Of a stretch of 64,000 bases of DNA, positions 12,193 through 24,900 are shown one piece after another (position 1 is the first letter of the stretch; each line of letters starts with the position of its first letter). The stretch is from Phoronis australis (Eukaryota; Animalia; Phoronida). The notes beneath the pieces were generated by a model. That model did not search any database and was not told the DNA's origin. It saw only the letters and a list, made by a program, of their open reading frames with translations. A program made the position numbers and the translations under genes. The stretch is taken from positions 4,893 to 68,892 of the forward strand of contig NMRA01001025.1 of the NCBI GenBank assembly GCA_002633005.1. The letters are read 5' to 3'.

Positions 12193-13378
12193 AAATCGGT
12201 AAATAAAACAACAAGAATGGATCAACTGAAATTTGAAATTTTCGGAGGTAACAACTTCCTTTATCAACAAAAACAGAAATAAAGTAAAATCAAACACAAA
12301 ATGACAATTGACATATAAGATACGGTGTAATGAAAATGATACATTTTTGCGTAAAAAAATTCAATGACATATTTTAAGAAGTTTTTATGTTCAATCCATG
12401 AGGTTCTATTGTATTCAGTTTGTCTATCCAATATTGTTCTCTTTTAAGTCTGTGAGGGGTACTGGGGTGTTGGAGTTTTTCTATTATTTGTACAGAAAGA
12501 TCTTGAATATTATGGTTTTTGGAATTGAAATGATTACCTATAGTATCAGAAATGTTTTTATGTATTATGTTAAATCTATGATTACGAAACCGAGTTTGTA
12601 GATTATGTTGAGTTTGTCCTACGTATTGGATAGAACATTTTTTACAAGTTATAAGGTAAATAATATTGTTGGTGGTGCAATCAGAATAATGTTTTATTTC
12701 AAAGTTTTCATTGGTTTGGGAAGACTGGAAAAAAGTGCTATCGTTGATGAAGTTACACATTTTACACCTAGTTTTGTTACATTGTGTGTTGCCAATAGGT
12801 TTGTCAGTTTGGTGTATATTGTCGATATTAGCTTTAACTAAATAATTTTTTAGATTTTTACATTTTCTCCAAGAAATTATAGGGGGATGAGGAAATAGGT
12901 TTTTCATTTGAGGGGAAATATGCAGTGTAGAAAGATGTTTTTTGAAGACGTGGCTAATTCCGTTTAAACATGGATTGAACATAGTTATGAAAGGTATTCT
13001 ATTAGTAGTATTGCCTTTAGTTTTAGTTCTTAAAGATTCATTTCGAGTAATTGAGCGGACTTTGTCAAACTGTTTGTGTATAAGATGTAAGGGGAAATGA
13101 NACACCCCAGTACCCCTCACAGACTTAAAAGAGAACAATATTGGATAGACAAACTGAATACAATAGAACCTCATGGATTGAACATAAAAACTTCTTAAAA
13201 TATGTCATTGAATTTTTTACGCAAAAATGTATCATTTTCATTACACCGTATCTTATATGTCAATTGTCATTTTGTGTTTGATTTTACTTTATTTCTGTTT
13301 TTGTTGATAAAGGAAGTTGTTACCTCCGAAAATTTCAAATTTCAGTTGATCCATTCTTGTTGTTTTATTTACCGATTT
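12193..13378 (-). mobile_element. Penelope-like element (Neptune-type) 3' fragment with an inverted pseudo-LTR
   Basis: About 278-bp near-perfect inverted repeat (12193-12470 vs 13102-13378) around a GIY-YIG ORF. A single N sits at the junction (13101). Confidence 0.9.
12374..13100 (-). CDS. Penelope-like ORF C-terminus: linker, Cys finger and GIY-YIG endonuclease (partial)
   Basis: RIPFITMFNP..CNKTRCKMC..CTTNNIIYLITCKKCSIQYVGQT..RFRNHR..HF..H..RLKREQYWIDKLNTIEPHGLN*. Confidence 0.92.
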
Positions 13379-15996
13379 GTAATCCGAACAAAATTAATAA
13401 TAATATTCTAAAACAAAAACGTTATATAAGTATCTTAAGATATCAATTCAGAACGATTCAAACTTTGCAGTATTCAGGCTACGCAATACGCCAGGCGACC
13501 ACTTAGCCGACCCAAGTGCCGACCACAGAGGCGACTCAGCAGACGGCTCCTAGCCGACCGTTGTTAGTCGGCTGCTGGTCGGCTAGACGACCGGTCGACC
13601 AATTTCCGACCGGCCGGACAAAAATTCGTGATGTGAGCTGTATTTGTCGCTGCTAATTCAATGTTATTAATTAAAATGTACCGATTGAGCTTTTACACGA
13701 AATCATCACAGGTAGTCCTATGCTAGGAATATACTCTAGGGTTTCAACTTCAATTCATTTGATTAAAGATATAAAACAACCCCCTAAAATCTTAACTTCC
13801 CTTTGAAGATGGTAAGCAGTATAGATGGGAATAAGACCGAAAATCATTTTGTATTTAACAGATACTAGTTATTAGGAAAACCTGTATTTATACGTTAAGT
13901 AGAATACTAATTCAAAACTAATAAGTGAAATAGCACTAATCACTGTCATAAAACGCATTTTAGTTATTTTTTTTTTAAATTACAACTCGCTCTAAGCTTT
14001 TTCAAAATTATTCTCTGAACAATGCCGTTGATTGTTTTGATGCATGTCCATGTAAGTAATAATGGTAGTATTAGTAACAGGATTTAAGTATCTTCTTAAA
14101 ACAAAGTGTGGAGCATGGTTTAGTAGGCAGCATCGACTTTTGGCATTCATATTTTGATTCAAATCACCTGTGCTGTCTTCCAGTGTGAAAACAAGACATT
14201 TTAAATTAATTTATTTGCGATTATGATTTAGGAATATGTACAACTAACTGATCACATGTTGATTTCTATTGAGTGATTAACATGATTAGGTTTTCATCCA
14301 GCTCTTTAACACGTGCCTTCTTTTCAAATTTAAAGACAGGCTTTAAATAATGTCACATCATAGTACGCGCAAGTACAGTTATGAATTTCTTGATCCACGA
14401 TGGCATTTTTTTCAGAGAATATTCCGGCAGATACTTATTCTTATCCCAGTTGCATCTGCTGTTTCCGTGGTCTACAACAATTTGCTCTATCGTTTCTAAA
14501 TGCTCGTTTAATATCCTCGAAGCTCAGCAGAAAAAATAATATATTCTTAAAAAGATTGAGGGATCAAAAATATGTAAGATGAGACAATGTAATCATCAAG
14601 TCATCCAATGACCCAATTCACTGAAAAACACAAAAAGAGTGACTACAGTCTGTGAGGGTGTGACAAAAATGCTTAATAAAGTAGGTGACAGGTTCCTACC
14701 CTTAAGAATGCCCAGTATCGGCTTTTTCAACACAAAACACAGTATACAGGTAGCAGGTCAGGGCAGAAATAACATGTTGATTCCAGCGCAATGGCAACTT
14801 GACATGTATTCCTTTAGGTCTCTTGTTATTCATACTCTAGAGCACCTTAGGAATTCTTTTGTACGAATAATTTTGCATCTTGAATTTCCCAAAAGCTAAG
14901 CTTTTCTTTACAAACACGGACTACCAACAGGTTACAAATTTCAATCCACAGCAAAAAAAAAATTAATGAAATTTCAATTGCACTCACAGTGTATGTGACG
15001 GTGACGCATATAGTTTAGTTATTATCATGGCTAATTGTTCCATCTGCATGCTTTGACATCGTTACCCATGGTTAGTAAGCTTACTGTAATTTTCTGTTTG
15101 CACTGTCCAGAGAAGTGTCAACGGAGTCTGAACCAAAACCTGTATCTGCAACACCTACATGTACATATCCCCAGTTTGTTCCCAGGTATTCTAAAAATAT
15201 TTTTTTCAGTGAATGTGTGTAGTCGACTTATATCTTCACCTACTAATACTTGTGGCCGCGCCAATACTTAACATGGATATTTGTCTTAGTTGAAAACTCA
15301 ATGTTTGTGAGGTCACAAATTTAAATCACATGATTCCACCTTGCCATTGTTTCAAATATTACTGAACTTGTACTCAATAAGCCTTAAACTCGCTTGGACT
15401 AAATGCTTGTATTTTCATCAGGATTCTGCACTGCTAACTTTGTTTATTCTACCCTGACCTTGATTTTAGTCTACCTAATTAGCTGTTGAATTCTTGTGTC
15501 ATTATTGTAACTTGTGGAACAGAACTTACTCTGGACTTACTCGCTAAGCATAATCATTAAAACATGTTGAAAGTAACATACTTATAATCAAAGTTTTTGT
15601 TGACTTTATCTTTAAAGATACAGTGTATGACTGTGCTCGTTTTTGAGAAGCCTGTGACCTCACAACTAGTCACATCAACACCTAGTGGTTTGCATCCATC
15701 GAAATTACCAGGTATGAATGTGTTATTCAAGGTGAGTACTTGTACACCACATTACTGAGTTATTTGCTGACAGTGCTTTAGGGATACGGAATGTTGAGAC
15801 TCTTAAATTTTATAGCCATCTGCTCATTTGACTATGTCTCTGACTAATATGAGTTTCTAAATTACAAAGTATCTGTGGCCTAGGTTATATCACCCGATTA
15901 AAATACCCCTGTAAGGGGGAACAAGGCAATCAAACGTACGCTTTTTGAATCAAATATACGAACCACTTCCTCCATCGTAGTAACACTTGAATCTAA

Positions 15997-16320
15997 GGTG
16001 GAGAAACCAAGAGACCGTTCCTTACCAGATTCAAAGAACATCTGAAACAAGACAGACCAACATTTGTGGGGGAACATATTTTGGCGACTGGGCACACCAT
16101 CTCTCTTGCGTCATCCAGGATCCTAGCTAAGGAACAAAATTGGCATACCCGTAAGCTCAAAGAGGCCATAAACATCAACAGTCTGCGCCCCCTCCTGAAC
16201 CGGGACAGAGGACTCCACTTAACACCCGTGTACTCAGCATTCTGAACAAGCGAAAGGCGGGAAATCCCACATTCATCGACAAAGACCTTGCTGACCAGGT
16301 CGCAACGTCTGCTAACAACC
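15997..16320 (+). mobile_element. Penelope-like element 3' fragment (GIY-YIG C-terminal half plus 3' end)
   Basis: GETKRPFLTRFKEHLK..VGEHILATGH..RILAKEQNWHTRKLKEAINI..LNRDRG..L.PVY*, read from 16000. Confidence 0.8.
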
Positions 16321-17666
16321 AACCACGTCTCTAAGTAAGTTACTTTTGACATGTACAATACCTCTAGAGACCAATGACGAACCTATTCTCCTGTATTATG
16401 GCTTAGATTTTATGTAATTAAAAATTAGGTGAAGTCATTGCAGTAAACGTGGCCATCTGAACCAAAATGCACTGACTACATGGACTTTGGGCTCACTGAA
16501 TACATTTGACCCCAGAATTCCAATAAACCTTGGTCAGGAATTTTGGGGGATTTTTGGATCTGTAAAAAACTTCCAATGAAGCTTTTCAGAGAAATTCAGC
16601 AGCCTACAAACACCAAAGTTGGGGGTTTAGCTAATTGCACTTGCAATACTCGGTCATTTAGTAAACGGTGAATATGCAGTCGTCATGTATCACCCTGAGA
16701 TGCATTGCAGTCAATACTAGACTACGTAAATTCTACGTACAGTCACTATGCATTGAAATGTTTTTAGGAAAATGTTGGTGTTCATGTTAACCATACGCCA
16801 GTCAGTTAGCCAGACGATTTTCATTCAGTAAACAATAATACATGAATCGAAGGTTTCCGTTAGAAATGCACAAATAAAATCCTAGGCAAAAAGCAGATTA
16901 GGTAACACTTGAGGTAGCATAAAAACCAAATAAATCGATGACTTATTTCAGAAATGGGGCTACTTTGAGCCAATCGAGGCGGCGATGTCCTTTCGAAATC
17001 AGTCATCACTATTTCGCTTCCAGCGGCCTTTCCCTCTCTGAGGTCATCAGGTCATTCCCAAATAAGGCAACGCAATGCATTTTGGAACTGTAATGTCGGA
17101 CTTGACGAGCACGAAGGCGTGTCTTTTTGGTCAACTTTCAAACGTAAAGAAAAGTACTCCTAACTCATCTAAGACTCACTATATTTACGAAACCTACAAA
17201 AAACGTGTACGCCACGACATGATACAGGTTTCATACAAGATGAGTAACGTTTGCTTTCTTTTTATACTATTTTTCACGTACCAAGCCACTTTAAAAATAT
17301 TGTTCCTCCAATCACTTTGGTCTTTTGTCAACATGTTGATAACGTCATTTTCGAGGGAATGTGTCTCATATTGTTTGAATATGTCCTGGTTTTTCGAACC
17401 AAGCCTTCAAAAATCAAGAGTACGGCCGTGTTTCCTCAAAATGTTCTTAAAAGTCGATAACTAAAAAAATAAGACCATCCATTTCTTGAGGCTCCGTTCG
17501 GCGAATAAAATGACGCGGTGAAGTGAACTTCCAAAACCTGGGCCTGGTGACCAATCATTTTACTTGAAATGGATCTCGAAAATTATTTATGTGATGTTCT
17601 ATTCTACTTTTATTCGAATTCAAGATAAGTGTATATTACTATACGCATGAGTTACGTGGATAACCG

Positions 17667-18990
17667 TCTAATCCCAATTTGCACCTGGTGATCCCAACAT
17701 TAAGGGATAAGTTCAAATCTGAACTCGAAATTTTCAGTATTTAAGGTCAGGCTGGGCAGTGTTTTAGCGAAATCTGCAAATGTTGATGGATTTCAATGAA
17801 ATCAGGAAGGATGTTGTTCGTGATATGGCGATCACGAAACAAATAAGTTTGAGAAAAAAACATTCAGTTGCCATGGCAACACCAAAAATTACGCAACATC
17901 GGTACTCCACGAGAAACGCTATAAGTCATAAACCTGTAGACATTTTACTGATCTGTTTTCTCTGCATTATAATAAAAGTATAGATCTACAAAACTACATA
18001 AGGTTTAACGTTCTGCGTTGAACAGTCAAAACTAAAGTCCGTGTTTGACGGGGTGATTTTATTTACTAATTCTACTTGGAACCTCAGCGAAAACTCCTTG
18101 TGAGAACCGTGTGAGAACTTTAACTCTATGAAAATACAAAAAATACTCTAAATACATGACAATATATAAAACCGAATCTAAATTAAACTGTTAACAATAG
18201 TCACTCTAAGAAACTAGTCAAAATTACTCAAATCTAACTGAATCGGTATATGAACTTTAAATCACATTTACCAAACAAAACTTATTATATCCTAGAACAT
18301 TTCATAGCTCATAAACTCTAATGAGACTTACAGAAATTGTTCCCTTTGTTCTTATCCACGCATGAGCATCCAATTCTTGTTTTGTGTATCAGTATGATCC
18401 TTGTCAGTGACTGAATGCACTCTTTGAAACTCCACGGGCTCAGTGATCTAATACTTGATTCTCTAAAGTTACTGAGCTTCCTCGTCTCCTAACTTTTTCA
18501 TTTGAGAATGACGCTTATTTCTGCTCCAGAAATAATTATACTCTAAGAAATGACTAAACATCACATGGACACTGGTCAAGGCGTAAGTACAACAGTGTGG
18601 GTGTTTCTTAGAATCAACCCACCTAAAACTGACCACTCCAAAACAGGTTTTGATGATCATATCCCGTTTGTCAGAACTGCACTGAGAACTTAACAGAACT
18701 AAAGCTTTTCTGAAGAAATAGCGCAATACTCAAGTTTACCACAACAAGTTGTTTACAATAACAAGTCCTGTTCTAAAATATTTGTGACTTTCAAAATAGT
18801 TACCTGATAATAATTAACACATTAGTTATAAATTTAATTATCTATTTATAATAAATCGTTTTATAATTCTAACATTTTTCATCAAAAATGTAAACATAAG
18901 GAAATTCAAAGTTTCTTGATAAGTAAGTTTTCACTCAAGTTTCTAGTTCGAATTTAAGCGGGGGTCATCAAGTGCAAATTTGGACTAGAT
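17667..18990. mobile_element. Decayed TIR-bounded element (about 1.3 kb)
   Basis: TCTAATCCCAATTTGCACCTGGTGATCCC at the left matches the reverse complement of GGGTCATCAAGTGCAAATTTGGACTAGA at the right. No intact ORF. Confidence 0.55.
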
Positions 18991-20231
18991 ACTCGTATAC
19001 ATGTACATTAACCATTACATACTAGAGCACAAACTAAAAGACACTTCTGTTGACTTCGCACAAAACGGGAAATGCGACAATTACAATAATTTCGAATACA
19101 AAGATTAGATCGCGGGCCCTGTTATCAGGCAATAATGACCAGACGTCCGAAGTTCAGAAATAAAATACAGTTTGACTAGAGAACAATTTGAAATCAATTT
19201 CATAACAGCAGGTGTTATAAAATAAAACCTCGTGATTGTGGGCGGGTGGCGGAGTTAACTATAGCCTCCTCTCACCTTGTCTACATGGGACCATTAAGAA
19301 ACGATTAAATCAATTCAATTTTGTCAAGTTATTCTTATTTGAAATGTATTCCATGACTTAATGACGTCCTGTACTGCGGGAGCGCGTTCAGTACCTACAC
19401 GACGCTCGTGAAAAAGCAATACTTCACAAGAGAAAGCCGAGTTTTGCACGAGTACCAGACTGGCAGGTTTGGTAGCGTATATTATTGACCGAGAGCCGAA
19501 AAACTGCAAAATAGCGTCGCTATTATAGAGTCCCTAGTAAAGCAGGCAGTTCTGAGGACATTTTTACACAATGCAAGCTTGTCAAATGATTGGCGAGACA
19601 TGACCAACTCAAGTGAAATGTAGCCTTGTCCATGACATACGAAACTACATCGCCATTGTCGTCTGCGATAATGATTTTTGTGCCATTGAGATTCGTGGGA
19701 CATTTCGTGATATACAACTAAAAATTCATATCTAAAAACACTTTCATACATTCTGCTAGTTTTTGAAAAATGACATCTTGTTGAAAGCTAGTCATCCTGA
19801 CTTTTGGCTATGTTGCTTTACGTTGAATTTGTGTTATCCTGTTTTTGACTACACAAAGTTGTAATGAATATCTTCAAAACTGACATTTCCAGAATTTAGT
19901 CACGCGGATATTATTTATTGAGTGATTAATGTGCTCACAATTCCCCTTGAAGTTCAACGACAATTATGAGCCTTTTAATCATTAAATAAGTAACATCTGG
20001 TTGACTAATTTCTGTTGAAATCAGAGTACAGAGTGGTAGATAAAGATGTATCTCACTAAATTTCACAGTTATATATTTGTGAAAATAATTTGTAAACAGT
20101 TTTGAAAATGTAACTTACAGTATGCCGCTGTCGTTCAAGATGGCCAACCCGATACAAAATAGTGACACAAATTTCGCCACAATACTTGCAACAACCTTGT
20201 ATTGCTTAACCCGTACAATGTACTTGGCAAT

Positions 20232-20447
20232 AACTAAGCTTCATCGAAGATATGTATAGAAGTAAAACAAATGGATCCATGAAGAAAGGAAGCGCTTTTT
20301 AAGTGATAGTTTTAAGTGTGGAATGTATTTTTGACGAGGTGAAACTCGATATCAGTGGCCGGATATAGCTTGACGAAATGGTACAGAAAGCAATGGGAAC
20401 TTATTCTAGCCCCTAACCGGCCAACCGAGGGGCTACATGTTGACTAG
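20232..20447. repeat. Second copy of the right end of the 3477-4221 insertion
   Basis: AACTAAGCTTCATC.AAGATATGTATAGAAGTA ... TAGCCCCTA..GGCCAACCGAGGGGCTAC.TGTTG.CTA is shared with 3981-4222. Confidence 0.85.
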
Positions 20448-21544
20448 CCCCTGTCCTACCAGCCCCGTTGATAACCTTTATACCTCGCCGACGGGTCTCA
20501 TCCTTAAAGCAGACGGCGATTGTCACAAGATATCCCACTTATACCCAGGGAAGTGGTGAAATGGCGAGGGATTGGTTTGGGTCTGAGGGATCATTAGAAT
20601 CGAAAGAAATCGATCGTTAGAAAAGCCATCAGTGGCTACAAATAATAGATAAGGGAAGTACCGTTTGTCCAGGACAATTAACGACGAACGGGAAGGAGTC
20701 TACTGGGTATAAACTTGTCTAATCAGGAAAACTTACGAGTGAATGTACTGTTGCTTGAGGCTGGGCCAACAGGAAGCTGGAGAGAAAGAACAAACAGCGC
20801 AACCATCAGACTTGGTAAGAACTAACCAGGAGTTGGATATGAAGCATGAAGGGCTCTATAATGGTATTTGCCCAAATAATAGGATTTATGTCAGAGTGCC
20901 ATAAATCTCACTATTGCAATTTCCTACGCGATATAGATCTATTTTCCCGCTCAACTAAAAATAAAAAACGGAAAGTTTCACGGGGATTTCGTGGATACGC
21001 AAATTCCCGTTCAACTAAAAAACGCTGTCCAGGCACCCCCGGGTGTTATGTCTCTCTTTCGACAAAAATGTTGTCGAGACACTTTTGTGTTGCAGCGAAC
21101 ATTCTACTCTTGCGTTTTGGCTTAGACCCAGAAATCCGACGTCCTGCTTTTCAATTCAGTTGCCTCGTTCTTTCATTCTCAAATGTTGACCGTGACAGCT
21201 ATGAAACAAGCGTTCAAAATAGCATTGCTTCTTTCTTATGGATGTTGTTATTTTCATAAATCCGATTTTTTGGTAACTTAACAATCGTAAAAATGTGCTT
21301 CATTATCTCTTCTTTAAGTAACATACACTACACGTATCAGTATCATTAATTTTACTTTCTGAAGAAATGAGTTTTCTAAACTTCCATGGAAAGTTCAACA
21401 TTGCAACCATGTAGCCTAACGAGTTATCCACACTACACTTTAAAGCTACTCAATAGATGTTTGCCCATTTTCGCTCATCAGAAATCTTTGTCTGCAAATT
21501 TCGGACAGGAGTAATTATTGCACTGCGCCCTGGATTTTTACTGA

Positions 21545-21546
<2 letters not shown>

Positions 21547-21578
<32 letters not shown>

Positions 21579-21625
21579 NNNNNNNNNNNNNNNNNNNNNN
21601 NNNNNNNNNNNNNNNNNNNNNNNNN

Positions 21626-21684
<59 letters not shown>
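21547..21684. repeat. (GA)n - gap - (TA)n(GA)n microsatellite, about 210 bp upstream of the SQLE-like start codon
   Basis: Directly visible; N gap inside. Confidence 0.95.
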
Positions 21685-21688
<4 letters not shown>

Positions 21689-21895
21689 CGTCGAAGTTGA
21701 AAAAGTTTTAGTGACCGTAATTTCCTTATCAAACCAACAATGGAACTAACGAATGCAAACAAATCCCACGCATGCGCGGCGCAAGCTCAGCTGCGCGAGA
21801 GCAAAGTTAGCATTTCAAGGCTAGAGTTCTGTTCGTACCGTATACGAAACGAGAGCCCCGGTACACTCAGAACACGATCAGACTGTGATACCAAG

Positions 21896-21985
21896 ATGAC
21901 GTTGGTGACAATTGTGCTCATCGGTGGCCTGATTGGAGCTGTCGTTTATTGTATTATGCTTTTTATCAAAGCCCCCTCGGAAAAG
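21896..21985 (+). CDS. SQLE: SQLE-like exon 1 (N-terminal membrane anchor)
   Basis: AAGATG start, MTLVTIVLIGGLIGAVVYCIMLFIKAPSEK, donor AAG|GTAGGT, phase 0 matching exon 2. Least certain exon because it has no catalytic motif. Confidence 0.7.
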
Positions 21986-24900
21986 GTAGGTTTTTGTCTT
22001 GAAGTGTTGAAGTAGATATGTAGGCTAGGACTACTACTCGTTCAATAGCTCATTTGGAAGTATGAACTATTTCCCTGCCTTTTTCATTCTTTGTGTTAGG
22101 GGCTGCGTTTTTCTCGAGCTTAATAAGCATGACATCGTATTTGGAGTACATTAGGCAAATATGGCGAATTTGAAAACTCACTCAGTGGATTTAGTGATCC
22201 GCGCATGTCTCAACTTTTCCCAGTTTTATGTTTTTAAAGTGAGGCAGTATATGGCTGTGAGTGGTGTGGTGTTCCTCTCTGGGTTTGGATAGCTCGTTAC
22301 AAATCAGTCTTGCCTGACTTCACTGAAACATCAATTTTCCACTTATTTTTGTGTTACTGTTGGGTGAATTTGCCTTTATTGTAAAAAATGTCCGCATTTC
22401 AATTCTGAAGCATCAAAGTGACACAACAATAGCAGTTTAAGTCTAATTCCTCCAGCTCAGTCTCCAAAACAAATGCCTCACAAACAACATGTATAAAGAG
22501 TGATATGACCTGAGGTGAATCCGTTGAACTTAACTACCTGTGTGATGACGCACTTTGAGTTTCAATATTTCACTTGTATAAGTACCTGTACGTCACACCG
22601 ATGACACCATAGACTATAGATACGAGTATCTATGACGACGCAGCAGCAGTTATTTTACATAGCGAATATTAGATGGTTAAATCACACCTTAGAAGTTGAA
22701 AGAACTTGTAACATTTGTAATACAGGAGAGATTGAGACAGAAATCCATTTCATGTTACGGTGTCCAGTACTGGCAGATTTGAGAAATAGATTCATACCTC
22801 CCTGCCAGGTCGCTTTTTACCTCGAGAACAGTAAACAATTTAAAACGTTTCAATGTAAAAACAAATAGGGAAATGATAATCAAAAACGAAATATTAAATC
22901 TTCAGTGGCTTAGTACGCATGTATAAAACTTGTATATACTACTGTATGGTGGCCTCTTGTTCTAGTAAAGTTATAATTCTTATGCTTATTATTAGTATCA
23001 TTATTATTGTTTGTATAAATATATTTTATTCAGTGGGGCGTGGAATATGTTGCAAGCAATTTATCCCGTTCAATCCGCCATCTTTTTGGTCTGACCCAAT
23101 GAATATTATGACTCCGAAAAGATTTCTGCCCCCGACCAGGACTCGAACCCAGTCCTTCTGCTCACCGTGCATTCATTAGGTCACGTGATGTGAACAAAAA
23201 GATGGCGGATTGAACGGGATAAATTGCTTGCAACATTATTATTTCTGATATAGTTATTGTTATCGTTGTTAGTTCACTAATTTATTTAGTTTTTTGACAT
23301 CGATTGGCATCAAAATTCTCCTACTACTCTGCAACATAGCTCGTCGCATACCCCGTGCAAAACCGATCACGATAAATGTATGAAACTTGATGTCCGTCGT
23401 CAATGAATATTTCAGTAGGTTTGCCTTTTTCCGTAAGCTATTGGTTCACCCCTCCGCACAGCAATGGAAATTTTCCGGCATCACAGCGGATAGCAGGGAA
23501 GGTTTTAAAAGGCTGTTTACACCAGTAGGTTGAAACCTGTTTTTCGGGATGGTGGATATTATTTTCGTTTTGCCAACTAAACAGGGCACATGCAGTTTTG
23601 CAATTGGTTTTGTGTATTCTGCAGAGAGGCCTGTCATAACTCTGTTACAAACATTCATTTCGGCACGAATCCTGCCTGGTGCTGCATGGGTGAGTGCGTA
23701 ATGAACCACAAAACCAGGTGGGCGAATTCTACATTGAAAATTACAGCTACTGTAGTTTTTAAAAGTAAATGCGACAGACTTCGACAGAAGCATTCTGACT
23801 CAAACTATAAAGAATTTATTGTCAGAACTTTTTTGCAGTTTAGACGAACTTTTGTCACGATGAAATAGCATGTTTGTGAAAATTTAGTCAGAGTTCAATT
23901 TGACGTCATTGTGCCTAAAGCCTTGGTCACAACCCGCCGTACGTGCAAGTACGTGCTGTCTACGTGTAAAAACGTGGGGGAAATTTGGCGATCCGTACGT
24001 GGCAAGTACGGCCTCCGTGCGTTTTGGTGAATACGCAGGAGAACGCAGACACGACGTAGCACTTTTAGTGCATGCAGAACTTTCTCTGCGTGCAAGCTGC
24101 GTTCGCATGTACAGATTCACGGCAGTACGTGTGACGTACGTCCTCCCTGCGCTTGCCACTCCCTACTCACGTTTTCAGAAAAACGTGGTGCCCGTGGCGT
24201 CCGGAGAAAACGTACGAACAATAAACACGCACGGCGGGTTGTGACCATAGCTTAACCCGTGACCGGTAATTGTTTATTGTTGATTGGCCATGCACAGCGA
24301 GGAGCAACACTTTTCGACATTAATTAAGCAGCGTTGAAACGGATTATAGATGAACAGAAAGGGATATTTAGTCGCCACTTGATAGTCGAAGTTTCATCGA
24401 ATTTTGACGTTGTCTAGTTTATTTTGAAAGCTGCTACAGGCTTCACAGAGTCGACAACAGATTAGCCTCCTTTTCGACAAACCATTTCAATATTGCAGAT
24501 ATTTGAGTAACATGGTGTTTTTGGCGTTTCCATTTTCAATAGAATTTTAAATCTTGTCAATTGCCGTCTTTCATCTTTCATATTTCGGGTTCGCACTCAC
24601 CGGCGACCAATTTGACGCAACGCTGCAGATGACCGCTTTGTCAGTAGCGAGTCCAACAGTGAAAACGGAATGCATAATGTAAACAATCTGTGTTTTGACC
24701 TCCCCGCATGTGACCTGTTGATCGTGTCAGTGAACACCTCGAATATGACATTAGCCCCCTTTGCTACAACAGGCCAGTAGTGGTCCGAGAGAAGTGGTTT
24801 TGGGTATTGAAAGTCACACATGCGATACAGCCTGAGAGAGATGCTGATTCACCAGTGTTCACTGAAGTGTTGCTCAACTGGTAAATTTTGTCTTCACTAG

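Noticed and set aside
13102-13174. N-terminus MRFYCIQFVYPILFS of the 266-aa ORF
   Set aside because: Antisense read-through of the inverted pseudo-LTR across an N, not real coding sequence.
20685-20815. LSNQENLRVNVLLLEAGP, reminiscent of a GMC oxidoreductase N-terminus
   Set aside because: No preceding GxGxxG motif and no further GMC exons found. Likely chance.
21740-21895. Upstream in-frame ATG extending exon 1 by 52 aa
   Set aside because: The extension overlaps the segment duplicated at 39075-39210 and shows no protein-like features. ATG 21896 directly precedes the hydrophobic anchor. Not excluded without transcript data.
23884-24244. Overlapping ORFs on both strands (also 55168-55595)
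   Set aside because: They lie within the GC-rich MITE copies and are stop-poor by composition. No protein motifs.
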